Shown here in pieces: positions 61,942 through 64,000 of a stretch of DNA of 64,000 bases. Position 1 is the stretch's first letter; the number at the start of each line of letters is the position of its first letter. Source of the DNA: Candidatus Kaelpia aquatica (GTDB taxonomy: Bacteria; Omnitrophota; Gorgyraeia; Kaelpiales; Kaelpiaceae); contig JAVCCU010000009.1 of the NCBI GenBank assembly GCA_030765335.1, positions 5,559 through 69,558 on the forward strand. The letters run 5' to 3'. Under the pieces are notes generated by a model, which worked only from the letters and a program-made list of their open reading frames with translations, made no database searches and had not been told where the DNA came from. The translations under genes were made by a program, and so were the position numbers.

Positions 61942-63556
61942 TATTCTTCCCGGTTACAGAATAGAACTCACAGAGCTTAGTTAGAAATTCCATATCCCAA
62001 ATCCAAAACCCCTTGGTCTTTAGTATCAAATTTACATTATTATCCTCTAGCTGATTAGGAACAATTGCTATCTTCTGATTAAATCTTACCTGACTATCTT
62101 TAAGTCTCTCTATAATGGCATAGCTATCCTGCTCCTTAAATCCTGGGGAAACTACAAGGAAGAGCCAGTGTCCAGCACCCTCCCTCTTTGCGCAAAAGAG
62201 AACATAGTTTTGACCTTGAGACTCTTTTTCAAGAGATAAGATTTTAGGCAACTGTTTCCTTTTCCCGGATAAGTCTATAAACTCATTGTCAAATTTCAAG
62301 ATAAGCTCTTTTACGACAGCCTCTATCTCTAGCATCGGTTTATCGCTATGAAAGAGATTGGAGCCAAAGTTAACGCAGTCCAGTTCTTTCTCCAGCATCT
62401 CCATGCGAGCCTTAAAACCTATTCCCAGCCCCATGAGATCTGCACTATAAGCATAGAGAAGCCATATTCTAAAAAGCGGATCCTTTATCCGGAAAAAACT
62501 ACCATTCTTCTCTAGGAAACCGTTCATAGAATAACCGGAATCTGCATAAGAGAGGTCCAGCTTCTTAAGGCTCTTTTTCTTTGTATTACCTCTTGCAATC
62601 TCAATAATAAAAGGCAAAAATTCCTGAAACTTCTCAACCCCGGGATAATTTTTCAATTTTTCACCAAAGAACCTATAAAGAAAACCTTTGTTATTGATCA
62701 GATTTTCTCTGATTACCAGAATGAGACTTTCAGAGTCAAATCTATCTACATTCTCTTGAACCCAAGATGTTAATATATCAAGATAGAGAGGTACGCCCGC
62801 GGTTAAAGTTATTAGTCTATCTATAGCAACATCATTCATCTCTCTTATTTTTCCCATTCTGGACTCTATAAACCCTCTAGACTCCTGATATGAGAATTTA
62901 TCTAACTCCATAATCTCAAAATTGCCAAACAACAGAGAGAGCTCTGAATTTAAAACAGATTTAGACCTATCCTGATCTGAACTCATTAATATAAATAAAG
63001 CATGTTCATCCAGCATGATATGCTCTCTCAATATCTGCATCCAATAATTCAGCTTAAGCTTACTCAAGCCAAAAAATTCATCTATAACGAAGAGGGAGTT
63101 CTTCTTGAACTCTTTCTTGATCAGGAGCGGAAGGCGCAATATCGAGCTCATTAAAAGCTCATAATTGTTATTCTTAAGACCTAACTCTATGTTTCTTACA
63201 ATAGAACTAAAAGCTGGATAATCCCTATCGATAACCCTCCCGCTCTCAGCTGCACTATCTATAAAAAAATTACTATCTACTAAGGAGAACCTACGCAGAG
63301 AATGGAGTAAAAACCCTAAAAAACTCTCTTTCAAAAACCCTTCTTCAAGATTGAGGTAGATAGGAAAAAGGTCTTCTCCTAAATCATCGTGTATAAATTT
63401 AAGAATGAGTGATGTCTTACCGATACTCCAAGGACCCAGAATAGCAAGATTTCTCCTATAGCCATCAAGATAATCATTCTTTATCTTCTTTAATCTTTCT
63501 ACCTCTTTCTCTCTTGAGGAAAACTCTTCTTTTGCTACAGGGCCTATTTTTATCAT
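61922..63556 (-). CDS. P-loop ATPase of the Arch_ATPase type with C-terminal uncharacterised (DUF234/nuclease-like) region
   Basis: 544 aa. Walker A ILGPWSIGKTSL preceded by SSREKEVERL (the FxxRExEL lead-in typical of Arch_ATPase). Walker B LFVIDEF. Confidence 0.6.
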   Translation of the reverse strand: MIKIGPVAKEEFSSREKEVERLKKIKNDYLDGYRRNLAILGPWSIGKTSLILKFIHDDLGEDLFPIYLNLEEGFLKESFLGFLLHSLRRFSLVDSNFFIDSAAESGRVIDRDYPAFSSIVRNIELGLKNNNYELLMSSILRLPLLIKKEFKKNSLFVIDEFFGLSKLKLNYWMQILREHIMLDEHALFILMSSDQDRSKSVLNSELSLLFGNFEIMELDKFSYQESRGFIESRMGKIREMNDVAIDRLITLTAGVPLYLDILTSWVQENVDRFDSESLILVIRENLINNKGFLYRFFGEKLKNYPGVEKFQEFLPFIIEIARGNTKKKSLKKLDLSYADSGYSMNGFLEKNGSFFRIKDPLFRIWLLYAYSADLMGLGIGFKARMEMLEKELDCVNFGSNLFHSDKPMLEIEAVVKELILKFDNEFIDLSGKRKQLPKILSLEKESQGQNYVLFCAKREGAGHWLFLVVSPGFKEQDSYAIIERLKDSQVRFNQKIAIVPNQLEDNNVNLILKTKGFWIWDMEFLTKLCEFYSVTGKNNVDSLA

Positions 63557-63566
63557 TGAATAAAAA

Positions 63567-64000
63567 TTATTTTAAAAATTTTAATGGATCTAAAGGATTG
63601 TTCTCTCTCCTTACCTCAAAGTGCAATACCCCGTTCTCTTTATCAACGCGGGATATGGAATCACCCTGCTTAACATAATCACCTTTTTTAACTAAAAGAA
63701 CATCGTTGTAAGCATAGAGCGAATAGAGCCCTCCCCCGTGATCAATCATTACAACCTTATCATAGCCTTTTATATCTTCACCAGAATAGCAGACCTCACC
63801 CGAAGCCGCAGCAATTACTCTCTGAGATGAAGATAGTTTTATATCTATACCCTTATTAATCCCACTGGAAGTTGAATCTTTAAAGTAGGATATAACCTTG
63901 CCTTTAACAGGCCAAATAAAATCAGAGCTGGACAGACTCTGTTTTACAGCTCTACTTGGAATATACAATAATTGACCCTCCTTTATCCTGGAAGGGTCGT
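63567..64000 (-). CDS. M23-family peptidase (LytM domain); N-terminus probably beyond window edge
   Basis: Catalytic-domain motifs (GIDI, IDHGGGLYSLYAY). The reading frame stays open upstream of the first Met (63968) to the window end, so the gene is likely partial. Confidence 0.7.
   Translation of the reverse strand, partial: DPSRIKEGQLLYIPSRAVKQSLSSSDFIWPVKGKVISYFKDSTSSGINKGIDIKLSSSQRVIAAASGEVCYSGEDIKGYDKVVMIDHGGGLYSLYAYNDVLLVKKGDYVKQGDSISRVDKENGVLHFEVRRENNPLDPLKFLK

Overview
AT-rich diderm bacterial chromosome segment; the gene content (lpt genes, OmpA-family lipoprotein, AsmA-like proteins) and the compact, AT-rich nature suggest a small-genome or candidate-phylum lineage. Nearly every gene (about 70 of 72) is on the minus strand with short or overlapping gene junctions. 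The content is mostly core housekeeping: trpD-trpC-trpF; ilvB-ilvN-ilvC; rplU-rpmA-obg-proB-proA-nadD; proS-ispG-rseP-dxr-cdsA-uppS; hppA, purA, serA plus a class-V aminotransferase, clpP, tig, hpf, lptB with an lptA-like gene, aroB, dgt and a HIT gene. RNA genes on the minus strand are RNase P RNA (rnpB), tRNA-Val(CAC), tRNA-Met(CAT) and tRNA-Asp(GTC). I found no CRISPR array, transposase or integrase. The non-housekeeping material worth a second look: (1) a 2072-aa polytopic membrane protein whose C-terminal half looks like the GH94 (cellobiose-phosphorylase / cyclic-beta-1,2-glucan-synthase C-terminal) module but has no visible GT-A domain; (2) a P-loop ATPase of the Arch_ATPase type with a C-terminal nuclease-like region; (3) a DUF2779 / Cas4-like Cys-cluster nuclease; (4) two paralogous small beta-barrel proteins resembling EF-Tu domain 2, one fused to a histone-H1-like lysine-rich tail in an apparent operon with a beta-CASP RNase, the other next to a stand-alone AsnC-type RAM domain; (5) an HD-GYP protein with a degenerate HD dyad. 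All functional calls rest on motif-level recognition by eye, not database searches.
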